In this document: positions 27,090 to 43,834 of the stretch, one piece after another
Layout: each line of letters opens with the position of its first letter
Position numbering within the stretch: position 1 is the stretch's first letter
Source: the human T2T-CHM13v2.0 reference genome, Homo sapiens
Direction: 5' to 3' (one strand)
Length of the DNA stretch: 64,000 nucleotides
Assembly (NCBI RefSeq): GCF_009914755.1
Contig: NC_060935.1
The notes under the pieces: generated by a model
Told to the model about the DNA's origin: nothing
The model's input: the letters and a program-made list of their open reading frames with translations, nothing else
The model's database searches: none
Program-made: the position numbers and the translations under genes

Positions 27090-27964
27090 CAGCCTTGACC
27101 CCAGGTATCAGTGAGCTTCTGATATCAGCCTTAACTTGATCACCAAAGTCTTGACTATAAGACAAATTCCTGGACATGGATTGATTGGTCATACCCACAA
27201 ACCACAACCGAATGTTTTATTGGCTTACATTTTCCAGCTGAAATTAGATACCACAGGATTGACTATTTTGATTGACTTTGCATCTGGGTCAGTCAAAATT
27301 GCGGGTCCCAGGGAAGGGCTATGTTGCACTAAGAGATTTTCATTTTGTGCCGCCAGAACCACTTTTGGCGAGTGATTGATTGATAGATCCCAATCCAAAT
27401 CTAATTGCTCATGCTTTCTGCCCAGAAGGATTCGGGATGTATTGATCTCTGTCCAAGCTCATCTGGGGAGAACAATGCTTCTATAATGGAGAGAGTGCCA
27501 CTTGGGGTCCTTCATTGTGCTGCTTTTGTTTCTCCTGCCAACTCAGACCAAGGCTTTATCTGCAGAACTTTCGGCAGCTGGCAGGCATGATTCTCTGCCG
27601 GAGACAAATTTGATTCCCCATTCCACTGCCTGTCCTTTGATGGCAAATTCATTTAGGCACATTACAGTCATACAGATGCAGACTGACCCGGTTAGCTCTA
27701 CATGCCTTGTGAATCCAGTTAATTGTATATCAACTAATTGCATAATTCATTTATTAATGGACTGAATTAAAATCCAAGTGTTGCAGCTCCTCTTCAGGAT
27801 TAGTGAGAAGAAAAGCCTTGGGAGAATTTCATTTTTCAGATCCTTGATCCTCCCCTCTCCAAAATATATTCTCTCTCTCTTTTTCATTTGGGAAAAGAAC
27901 TATTCCACAAAACAATTAAGGATAAGATAAAAAATAAAACATAGTTACATTACTAAAACTGCCG

Positions 27965-28258
<294 letters not shown>

Positions 28259-29004
28259 TAAAAATGTTAATTCTTTATATCCACCTGCATAACATTAGGA
28301 TACAAATATTAACAGATTACATTGGTGCCCCCCAAAACAATAGTTTTGAGAACACATATTTTGAGTTTAGAAGAGGGTCCAGATTTTCCTGTGTACCTCT
28401 AGGTGACTCCTCATGGGATGACTGTGCTTGCCAAGTGGTTGGGGTCACATGAGCTTAACCCCTTAAAACCTGAAAAAGCTCACTCCAACCCAATTTCATT
28501 GCTTCCATTCTGTCTTCACTGTGGGTCCAGAAAAAAATGACCTCTGGTTCTAGAGAGAAAATATTCCCTCTCCATTCCTTGTTTTACATCCTTCTCCACC
28601 TCCCAGAGTCCTAATTTTCTGCCTTAGGATAAAGTCTCTTCCCTAAGAGATTCTCAGTGTGCCACACAAATTCCTTTTAGGGGAAGCACAGCCATGCCTC
28701 CAGGAGTGTATTCTGTCCCTATATCCAGATGAATAGTTAGAAAGTGATCTTTCAGTGGAATGTTTTCCAGTATATGGATTGGTAAGTCCTGTATATTATT
28801 ATCTTGTATATTAATAATTACAATAATAATGCCTTACCTTTCTATTGTTTTTATAATTTCCAATGGACTTGTATTTTCTGAGCCAATTCTACCAACCTCC
28901 TGGGAGGGAGGCATTATTAGATATTACCAAGAAGAAGATCAAATACCTAAGAGGGTAATTCAGTCCCTAAGGAGTGAAAATAGCTATTAAGAACTGAGGC
29001 TTCT

Positions 29005-29222
29005 CAATCAGTTGACCTGAGTCCAATTCTTGGCTCCTTCGTTCACACGCTGTGTGCCTGAGACAATTTGCTGGACTTTTCTGAGATTGTTTTCTCACAT
29101 ATGAAGTCAAATTTGTAATAGTCCCACTCCACTGGAGTGTCTTGAAGCTTAAATGGAATAATGGAAGGAAAGACTAGTGACTGGCTCATAGCAAGTGCTG
29201 ATAGACCGTGTTGTTACTATTA
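29005..29222 (+). mobile_element. MIR SINE
   Basis: 'gacctgagtccaattcttggctcc...gctgtgtgcctgagacaatttgc...tggctcatagcaagtgct'. Confidence 0.65.
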
Positions 29223-30369
29223 ACCGACTCAGTCAGAATTGCCCAAAATAGACAGAGCTTGAAGCCAGATCTTGTGATTGTAAGTCTTATGTTCTTTCCC
29301 ACCGTTTCATATTTTTGGTTAAATTCTGCAATTGACCCCAAATCATGCATTTTGGTGTTAGATTTGTGCTGAACTTTCTCTCAATTCCTATAAAATATGA
29401 TTCAATCATAGTGCATGACTTGGGAGGAGGAAGTTTTCAATGGTTGAAAAATAGAAATAAAAACATTCATAGAGCCATATAGCTGCAGCCTCCACGAGTT
29501 TAGTAGAACAAATGCCATGTACCCAAGACAAAACTATCTCAAGCAGAATAAATTTGCCTTTTTATGCTGAGAGGAAGCTGAAATGAAGCTTTCAGGGTCT
29601 CGGTGTCACTGGCATCATCTTTATGTTCTTAAATGAGAACAGAGAAAGGATTTGCTTTATTACAGGAGAAAGGGCCAAATGTGTTTGCTTTCAAGTACAG
29701 AATAAAATGAAATGCATATTCTCAGGGAGGAACTTCATTTTGATTACCCGTCTGGAAAAGGAGAGCAGGAAACGGCCGCCCATACCCATCCTGGCCCCCC
29801 GTCTTCCTCTTTTTATTTGTTATTGAAGCAAATGAGGCCAATTGTTGGAAATTTCTGTGCAGCCCTGAATGCCTCAATTGTGACTCTCACAGAGATTAAT
29901 GCATTTAATTTACCTCTTTGGTATATTCGAGACACTATTCAGCAGCCAATTGGGAGTTCCTTGCCCTGTAAGCTGCTCCATGATGAGATACACTCTGGCT
30001 GTCTCTACCTCACATGCTGCAGAGGACTTCAGTTCAGCCCAGGGTGGAGGAGGGTGGCCCTGCATTTCCAGGCTCCCTTCCCCTCCTCCACAGGTGCCCA
30101 TTAATGAAGAAAATTGGAAAGAGCTGAACTACAAGGACAGATGAGCCAAAAGACCTGCATGTACAATCTTTCTGGGCATTATGGACTGTCTTCTCCCACA
30201 GTGTTCTCATCAGTAAATAAGTCACTTCTATTTAAGTAAAAGTTCCCTATGTATGGGGCAAATCAAGGGGACTAAGTAGTTTTCCTATGGATCAAGTAGT
30301 TTTTAACTTTTTGATATTAAGTATTGACTTTGGCATTATTTCCAAGAGAGATAACACTTTCTGTCCTTG

Positions 30370-30680
30370 TTTCTTTATTCCCAAGTGTTTAATGAGTATC
30401 TACCTTAAGCCAGGGACAGCACTAGGTCTGAGGATAGAGTAGGGACAAGAGACACGGGGTTCCTGCCCTCTGTGCCCTAGCCTGTTGGATGGTACACAAA
30501 CAAACACACACAAGTCTACCTCATTACAGTTTTGATAAATGTCACGAGAGAAACACACAGATGACCTAATCTAGACTGGAGGATTCCAGGGAAATTCTCT
30601 TTGAGGAAATATGTTATAAAATATATTTTGAATGATGATTGAGAGCCAAGAGATAAGGAGCATTTCATGGTTGAGGGGAG
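30370..30680 (-). mobile_element. L2 LINE fragment
   Basis: 'caagtgtttaatgagtatctacc...gcactaggtctgaggata...cctgccctc'. Confidence 0.65.
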
Positions 30681-30827
30681 AGTAGGATATAGGTGTCATC
30701 GCTTTCAGCTTTCAGCTTGCTCCATGGCAGCTGTCTCATCAGGCTGGGGTTGGTCCTTTTGCTGCATCTCTAAAATCTAGGCACATTAGGGCTAGCACCC
30801 ATGAATTGCCACGGGGAAGCTATTCTG

Positions 30828-30909
30828 GGAGGCCCTCTTTGATCTTATGGTCTCTAGGAGGCCCTCTTTGATCTTATGGTCTCTAGGAGGCCCTCTTTGA
30901 TCTTATGGT
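30828..30909. repeat. 29-bp tandem repeat, about 2.8 identical copies (GGAGGCCCTCTTTGATCTTATGGTCTCTA)
   Basis: Copies start at 30828, 30857 and 30886; the last is 24 bp. Confidence 0.97.
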
Positions 30910-33540
30910 TTCCAGTCTTAAGTGCATTGCATTGTCTTAAGAGCTCCGTGGGAAGAGAGATATTTTCCTATTTATTTTCAACATTTCCTGGGTGTCTACC
31001 CTCAGTATATGGCTATAACTTGCTTGATCTACTCTCTCAAAAGGATAGGAGAATAGTATAGCTACCCTTCGCTCTATTCTTCCAACCCCACTAGGAGTAT
31101 TTTCAGAAGGAAATAACACCCAAAGATTTACCTTTAGAAATTGAGAAATGGAGCTTTAGCCCAAGACTTCCTCAGATAACTTTATGCAGTGTCAAAATAC
31201 AGATAAAGTACCTATACATTTCCCTACTCATACATACATTTCCCCTGATACTCAGAAAATATCCTGATGAGGCCACTTCAAAAGATGAAACTCAGCACGA
31301 ACATAGTAGGTGATCCCTGCAGAAGGTGAGCAAATTTTCTAGGCCAAAGCAAGGTCTCAAATCCAATTTCTCACACACATTATAATATGGTGAGGATTTC
31401 TCCCATGGCTAGAAGCAAACACAGCTTTAAAAATTCAAATCCTGGATAATTCATGCAGAATTGGAAACTAACGTTTTTAAAAATGTTAAATGCATGTTTC
31501 AAAGCCAACTTCAAGTATAAATTGAGTTCCTAACTTGCTGCATGCTATTGGGAGCTCGTTGTTTCTATTGGGGCCTTAGTCCTTGAAGTTTCCAATATGG
31601 GACTACTGCCATCAAAATACTGTTTTCCCAATTGTAACACAGATGAAGGACTTCAGAAACACCAGAGGAGGGTACTGTCTGAAACAGTTTATTGATTATT
31701 TGCATCCCTTGTTAGGGAGAGTGGACCGAGGGTTGGGACACCTAGGCCTCCCTCAAAGCCCTTTAACAGCCTGACTGTAGGAACTGGAGGAAAGTGTGGC
31801 CCCTCCCTTGCCTCTGTGACTTTGTTGTCTAGCAGGAATTGTAAGGAATTGTAATCGCGCTCTCTCCCTCCCTGCTTGCCCTAACCTGACTGCAGGGACT
31901 GCGAGCTCTAAGGAGGAGAAACATCATGGGGAGTGATATGTGAGCCTCGGAAGGCTTCATCATTCACTCTGAAATGCTGGCACCGAGTCAAGTTAGTTCT
32001 TATGTGACATTAAAAACCTCACTTCAGTGAGGAAAACAAACAGATAAAGAATAGCAGCTAATGACTTTGGAAGGCTAGAGAGCATCTGAAGTATTGTTTT
32101 TTTAAATGCAATAGATTTTAAAAGGCATTTCCAATAATGAATATGTCATCCAATTACTGCACTCTTCTCATTCTGAACACCTGTCCCAGTGATTCTCAAT
32201 CCCCAAAGTGACTTTTATTTTTAACGATATTTATTATCATGAGTGTTATCACATTAGATGAAATCAGCTGGAGATAGAGGCTGCATTCACTGATGGCATG
32301 GAGGCACCGTGCCCTGGGGAGGCTGTTTTTCATCCTCCTTTGGATACTGTAGCTGCTTTACACTGCTGTCTTTGACAGTCCCCAGTGGACACGGAGGACC
32401 ATCTCATAACCACTCTTCAGGGTAAGATCGCCCTAGGGTGCCCCATGACTGTCATCTCAAAGGATCCCTAGTATTTCACAAAGCACTTGCTTGGAGAAAA
32501 ATCTAAGAACAGCCTCACTTAGCGTCCAAAGACCAGGGCTTTGGGGAATGGGACTAAGTAGCTATGTCACCACCATGTGGCATTTCCCATTTGCTTCTGA
32601 GGAACTGCTAGAGAATTGTCAAGAAAGCAGAGAGGCAACAAGGGCAATGGCTCAAAAATGCCTTCAGTGCGTCCTTTTTGTTCTTCCGATAGGGCCCAGA
32701 AATCACGCAAATGCTACTTACACAGTTCCTACAATGTCCCTAGCATTGGACCTGTCACCTATCCTTACAAAGGATCTAATTGGGAAGCAAAACTAGCCCA
32801 TATTAAACAGTATTTCATAAAAGAAAATTCTTTAGTTATTTATTCAATAATCACTGAAGGCCTACTATGCATTTTACATGAGAGACTTGATATACCAAGT
32901 TGAATTAAGACAAAATTCCTGTATTTAAGACAGTTCTGAGTAGAAAGGCTTGAGTAAGTAAACAAAGTGGCTGGGAAGCTTGAACTGGGTGGAGCCCACC
33001 ACAGCTCAATGAGGCCTGCCTGCCTCTGTAGACTACACCTTTTGGGGCAGGGCATAGCTGAACAAAAGGCAGCAGAAACTTCTGCAAACTTGAAGGACCC
33101 TGTCTGACAGCTCTGAAGAGAGCAGTGGTTCTCCCAGAATGGTGTTTGAACCCTGAGAATGGACAGACTGCCTCCTCAAGTGGGTCCCTGACCCCTGTGT
33201 AGCCTAACTCGGAGACACCTCCCAGTAGGGGCTGACTGACACCTCATACAGCCGGGTGTCCCTCTGAGACAAAGCTTCCAGAGGAAGGATCAGGCACCAA
33301 TATTTGCTGTTCGGCAATATCTGCTGTTCTGCAGCCTCTGCTGGTGATACCCAGGAAAACAGCGTCTGGAGTGGACCTCCAGCAAACTCCAACGGACCTG
33401 CAGCTGAGAGACCTGACTGTGAGAAGGAAAACTAACAAATAGAAAGGAATAGCATCAACATCAACAAAAAGGACATCCACACCAAAACCCCATCTGTAGG
33501 TCACCATCATCAAAGACCAAAGGTAGATAAAACCACAAAG

Positions 33541-34548
33541 ATGGGGAGAAACCAGAGCAGAAAAGCTGAAAATTCTAAAAACCAGAGTGCCTCTTTTCCT
33601 CCAAAGGATTGCAGCTCCTCACCAGCAATGGTACAAAGCTTGTTGTAGAATGACTAGTTGACAGAAGTAGGCTTCAGAAGGTCAGTAATAACAAACTTCT
33701 CTGAGCTAAAGGAGGATGTTTGAACCCATCGCAAGGAAGCTAAAAACCTTGAAAAAAGATTAGACGAATGGCTAAGTAGAATAAACAGTGTAGAGAAGAC
33801 CATAAATGACCTGATCGAGCTGAAAACCATGGCACGAGAACTGTGTGACGCATACACAAACTTCAATAGCTGATTCGATCAAGTGGAAGAAAAGGTATCA
33901 GTGATTGAAGATCAAATGAACGAAATGAAGTGAGAAGAGAAGTTTAGAGAAAAAAGAGTAAAAAGACATGAACAAATCCTCCAAGAAATATGGGACTATG
34001 TGAAACGACCAAATCTATGTTTGATTGGTGTATCTGAAAGCGACAGGGAGAATGGAACCAAGCTGGAAAACACTCTTCAGGATATTATCCAGGAGAACGT
34101 CCCCAACCTAGCAAGGCAGGCCAACATTCGAATTCAGGAAATACAGAGAACACCACAGAGATACTCCTCAAGAAGAGCAACCCCAAGACACATAATTTTC
34201 AGATTTACCAAGGTTGAAATGAAGGAAAAAATTTGAAGGGCAGCCAGAGAGAAAGGTCGGTTTACTCACAAAGAGAAGTCCATCAGACTAAAAGCAGAAA
34301 CGGTACAAGCCAGAAGAGAGTGGGGGCCAATATTCAACATTCTTAAAGAAAAGAATTTTCAACCTAGAATTTCATATCCAGCCAAACTAAGCTTCAGAAG
34401 TGAAGGAGAAATAAAATCCTTTACAGACAAGCAAAAGCTCAGAGATTTTGTCATCACCAGGCCTCCCTTACAAGAGCTCCTGAAGGAAGCACTAAACATG
34501 GAAAGGAACAAACGTTGCATGCCACTGCAAAAACAAGCCAAATTGTAA
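33541..34548 (+). pseudogene. L1 ORF1p (disrupted)
   Basis: Starts MGRNQSRKAENSKNQSA; contains 'WDYVKRPNL..IGV' and 'RYSSRRATPRHII'; in-frame stops present. Confidence 0.92.
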
Positions 34549-34610
34549 AGACCACTGATGCTAGGAAGAAACTACATCAACAATGGGCAAAATAACCAGC
34601 TAGCATCATA

Positions 34611-38411
<3,801 letters not shown>

Positions 38412-39189
38412 ACGATGAGAACACTTGGACACAGGGTGGGGAACATCACTCCCCGGAGCCTGTCATGGGGTGGGGGGATGGGGGAAGGATGGCATTGGGA
38501 GAAATACCTAATGTAAATGACGAGTTAACGTGTGCAGCAAACCAACATGGCACATGTATACCTATGTAGGAAACCTGCACGTTGTGCACATGTTCCCTAG
38601 AACTTAAAGTACAATAATAAAAAAAAAAAAGAAACTTCTGATTCTAGTGTGCTTTAGTATCTAGGGGATACTAGAATCTAAACTATGTTTAGATTAGACT
38701 GTAAACTAATCTAATTTCATAGTTTAGATAGGAATGATAACAATAATATTTTAAGTACCTGGAAAATATTGAACTACTCAATCTATAGACATTTTATAGA
38801 CAAGACTATAAAGCACACAGAAATAACTTGCCCAAGATCACACAGATACTAATGAGTAGATTTGGGATTGGAACCTAAGAAGTTGGTGTCCAGAATGCAG
38901 GCATTTAACGACCATGCTCTATAGCTTCCCACAAAGATGGGCGACAAGGATAAAATAACTACCCTTTTTGAATGCTTAAACTGTAGGCTGCCAATGTGCT
39001 AACCATTTAATATGTCATCATAGAATTTAGTGTTTAGAACTACCCAGTTAGGTGCTCATGAATCTTGATTGTAAGAAATAGGCTTAAGTAAAAAGAAGAA
39101 TTTACACAAGTAGATCATAAGATGAAAGAATGCAGGGCAGATCCTCCAGCAATAGTGACTGGAGCTAGAGATATGTACACTGTTAGGAT

Positions 39190-39415
39190 TCTCCTTTTTT
39201 CTCATTCTTGTTCTCTCTCTTATTCTCCATTCTCTCTCTCCCTTCTCTCTTTCTGCTTCTCTCTCCCTCTCTCTCATCTTTTATCCTTGCTCACCGCTTT
39301 CTCTCCTTTCTCTCTTCCTCCTCTTCCTCCTCCTTTTTCTTCTCCTCCTCCCCCTCCCCTCCCCTCCTTCTCCTTCCTCTTCATCTTCTTCTTCTTCTTC
39401 TTTCAGTCTCTCTCT
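39190..39415. repeat. CT-rich polypyrimidine low-complexity tract
   Basis: Runs of (CT)n, (CCT)n and (CTT)n with very few purines. Confidence 0.92.
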
Positions 39416-40405
39416 CCATGTCATTTTTCTCCACCTTCCATTTCACCTTCACTGCCTCACTCTTATCTACTACATACAAACTTTTTTTTCACATGTAAGA
39501 GACAAAGAAATAAAGCAGCCCATGGCTGATACATTTACGTCTTTACCATCAGTGTAATAGGTTTCTCCCTCAGCTCTAAGAAAATTCTCAGTAAAGACAT
39601 AGATTGGCTTTCATTCTATCAAGTCTAAAGACTAAACAAGTCTAAGACTAAGCACAATGAATAGCAAAGGAAGGTCATAAGAAGATTGTCATTCCCATTC
39701 AGGCCACACATTAGACTGAAGGGTATGGGAAGTGAGTATTTTCCCCTAAAAAGCGGGTAAGTAGGGATGCCCACTGAGAGAATCATTAGGAACTTAATAA
39801 CCAGCCTAGTATGTGGCTATAAAGTATAGGTTTGTTGATATCCTTTATTGCAGATGATAAATTGAGAATGAGATGAGTTAAGAAATTTGCTCAAAGCATC
39901 ATCTATTGCTCATAAGAGATCTGAACAAGGTGGAATATATGGTGTGGCCTGGATCCTAAGCCATACTGGCATGTTGTCAGGAGTTGAACTATTTAATAAT
40001 CATCCAGGAAGAGACAGTGCCCACTCTGCTTATTGAAGAAAGAGCAGAATTCGGAGTGGCAGAGAGAAAATTATTCCAGGAAAAACCACAGGAGGCAGAA
40101 GAAAGAGTTAAGCTGACATGAAGGAGGCTCAGGAAGAGGCCAGTCTCAAGGAAGTGGAGTGTTTTTTGCTGTTGTCAGAATAATGGGACTGCCATTTGAG
40201 TCCCTTCATGGAGGCCAATGGGATAATGGGTTCTTTGTACCCAGTGCACAAATGCTGCCTCATGGTTGGCACCAAGGTGATTTGCAGAGCCTTCTCTGTG
40301 GAGCTAATACCTGTGGCTGAAAGATCAGAGTTCCCTCAAAAGAGCAGTGCAAGATCTTGAGGCTAATCATCTGTCATCACCCTCCTGGGGAATAAGTGAG
40401 TGTTC

Positions 40406-40746
<341 letters not shown>

Positions 40747-41838
40747 TGACATGCATTTTCTTCCATGCCTCATGTCCTCACAGTTTGGAAATTAGAAAAA
40801 CAAGGATGCCCAGGTGACCTATGCCTACCAGAGTCTATGACTAAGCCATGTATCTGTAATTCAGACACAAACCTGCTTTGAAACTGGAGCTTCCCCTGAA
40901 CCCTGGGTTACCAATTCTCATCTCTAGATTCTGTGGTCATGCCTAGTTCAAATCATTCTTCCTAAGTCTTCCCTGCCCAAGTCACTTTCTGTAAGAAACT
41001 TTGTTTCAGCCTCAGCTGGTTCTCTTTTTTCTCCTTTTCTAGGCTTCTGACAGTCTTTACTAAGTGCTGCTTCTGAATTTTCTCCATTTCATCCTTTCTT
41101 CTTTCCTAATCAGCACCTTCTCTTCCCGTCTCTGTCCTCTCCCTCTGGTCACATCTCCATTTGTGCTTCCTGGCTTTTGCTTTTCTGGTTGGCAACTAGT
41201 GGATCTTCTATCGTCAGAAACCGTCTTCTAGCTCTTTCTGCCAAGTGGGCTGGAGCCCCCAGGAATGTGCCCAGTCTCTTGTAAATTTAACCCCAATCAC
41301 AAAATCACCAGAGCCTCTAAAAAGAAGGCCCCAGAATCCACCATGGGTGGCTTTGCTGCCTCCACCCAGGGAACAAATACCGCTTGCTCATTGAGAAGTT
41401 TCTGGACTTGTATCTCTGCTTTGACCTCAGTCAAAGTCCCTCTACTTAACCATCACTATTGGGGACTTTTTAAATGACCCCACAGAATCTGTTTTATTCC
41501 CACAATCTTCTTGTAGAACAAAGACAGGGGCTGTCTTCTGAGAAGGAATGAGAGAATCAGAAACAAGCAAACAAATTTAAAAAAAAAACTGCTGCAAATC
41601 TTTAAAAACATAAATTGTGAACCTTGTATCTGTACTTCCTATGCCCTCTCACCTCTAGAGCACAAACGGAATATATTCCCAGGCTCTATGTGGGTCAGCC
41701 TCAGAGCTCTATTGTTTTTCAAGACCAAGTCCAACATCTAAAAAGTAATTGAAGTTTCTAAAGTCTTTATTCATCTCTTAAAGGGGATAGTGCTTCTTTA
41801 TGATACTCTATGACTTCTCTTTCTGTCTTACTGCCTTC

Positions 41839-42094
41839 TTTTTTTTTTTTTTTTTTTTTTTGAGTCAGAGTCTTGCTCTGTTGCCTGAACTGGGCAACAG
41901 AGCAAGACTCTTGCACCACACTGGGCTAAATTTTTAACTTTTTTGTGCAGATGGGCTCTCACTCTGTTACTCAGGCTGGAATGCAGTGGTGAGATAATAG
42001 ATCACTGCAGCCTCAAACTCATGATTTCAAGCTATTCTCCTGCCGTGGCCTCCCAAGGCATTGAGATTACAAGTGTGAGCCACTGTACCTAGCC
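41839..42094 (-). mobile_element. Rearranged old Alu (AluJ/FRAM-like) with a fold-back
   Basis: T23 tail, about 25 bp of Alu 3' end, a 19-bp inverted copy, linker, then an old monomer ending 'gtgagccactgtacctagcc'. Confidence 0.85.
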
Positions 42095-43029
42095 TACATT
42101 GGTTTTTGTTATGTCTTCAGACTGACCCTTTGACCTTTTTTTTTTTTTTTTTTTTTGCTTTTTCCATTGCTAAGATTTGTGTTACCAACTACAGCAGAGA
42201 ATATTAACCCAGCAAGAAGAGCTATTCTGAAACATGGGTATCCGTGTGTGTGTGTGTTTGTGTGTGTCCTAATACTTTATTAAATGCTTCTTCTGCTATA
42301 TAAGTTTACCTGTTTTTTTAAATAAAGTCAGCAATTGAGTTGCCATGGGACTTTGGCCCAGGGAGACACTTACAGGCTGCAATTTGGTTTTGAGAGACTA
42401 CTCTCCTGTGTTGGAAGCATATTTGCACATTTTGATACAATGTGCATACAATTCTTAAAGAAATTCCCAGCTTGATTTCCCAGCAAGACAGATTTTGGTA
42501 CTTCTGAGCTCTAGAGGTGAAGGTGGACTGGCTTTCATCTAAGTTGTTTCAAGTCACTTGGCAAATATTTCAATAAAATCTCCTGCCGGTGAGAAAGGCA
42601 TTCCTCTAGTAATTCATAATGTTTGTTGAAAGTTTCCTCTCTGTAGATTCATAAGTTTCCCAGTGTAGGATAAGTGTAGCTGACAAAATCTCCTGCCTTC
42701 AAGAAGCTTGGAATTGAGGAGAGATCTCTTTCTTTTTCTTTCCCTCATGTAGAAGTATACACATTCATACAATACAGAAACTCTTATCAATCTACATGTA
42801 AGCAGCTATGAAATAGAATTCAAACTTAGTATACAACCTTTAAGTATATTAGGCGATTTGTTGAGACTTCCTGGATGAGAAGCTAAGTGAAATTATATTT
42901 TCAAAAGCTGCACTTCATAAATATTTGTTTTTGAAACTTAAATTATTTATTTTTTATATCATTACAGAATGCAAAATTATTAAAATCAAATATGAAACTT
43001 TCCTCTCAAAATTATAGTCCAGCCAATCA

Positions 43030-43820
43030 TTTTTGATTCACTCATTTCTCAATTATGTATCAATCCCTGACTTTGTACTGGGCTGGGAACTCAGGATAAA
43101 CAGATGAATAAGCCATGACCCTTACCCTCAAGCCCAGCTTCCATGGAAGCAACAACTATGGAAATAGCATCTCAGCAAGCATGTGGTGAGCCTAACCATG
43201 GAGGCTGCATGGTGATTATGGCAGCATGGAGTATGGATGCACACACTGGGTAATGGGGCAATTAAAGAAGATTCTTGAAGAAAGTGAAGCCTCAGATGTC
43301 TTTTCAAGGGCCTGTAGGAGTTAGCCAGGCAAACACTAGGTAGGAAGAGCATTGTAGCAGAAGCCACAGAGAAGCAACGACAGAGATGAGACATGGCCCA
43401 GGCAGCTATATGTGTGTTTGTGTTGGGGTAGGGTGGTTGACCTCAAGTTGTTTAAGCGCAAATTCCTAAGAAGGTTGTATTGATAGACAAGAGTGAACAG
43501 ATAGGTAGACGCCAGATAAGGGAGGTCTTATGAGCCATGTGAAGGATCTTGAACTTTCCCTGTAGGCAGAGTGGATGATGGTGGTGGATGGTGATTTTAG
43601 TCTGGGAGTAATTTCGCCAGATTTTTATTTGACATAGCTCACTCTGTGATGAGGCCGCATTAGGGAACAATTAGCAGACGGGGAATCAGTTAGAGATCTG
43701 CTGCACTAATCCTGGTGAGAAACAATGGGTGGATAAATTAGGGAAATTGTCTTAGGGATGAAAGAAAAAGAGTCTAGAAATCCCTAAGAGATAGAACTAG
43801 CAGGTCTTGGAAAGTGATTT
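43030..43820 (-). mobile_element. L2 LINE fragment
   Basis: 'tgtactgggctgggaactcagg...ggagttagccaggc...gagccatgtgaaggatcttgaactttccctgtaggc'. Confidence 0.7.
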
Positions 43821-43834
43821 TTAATCACGAATCA

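Noticed and set aside
39056-39529. Proline/Ser/Phe-rich 135-aa ORF and its overlapping ORFs
   Set aside because: Produced by the CT-rich low-complexity tract, which lacks stop codons.
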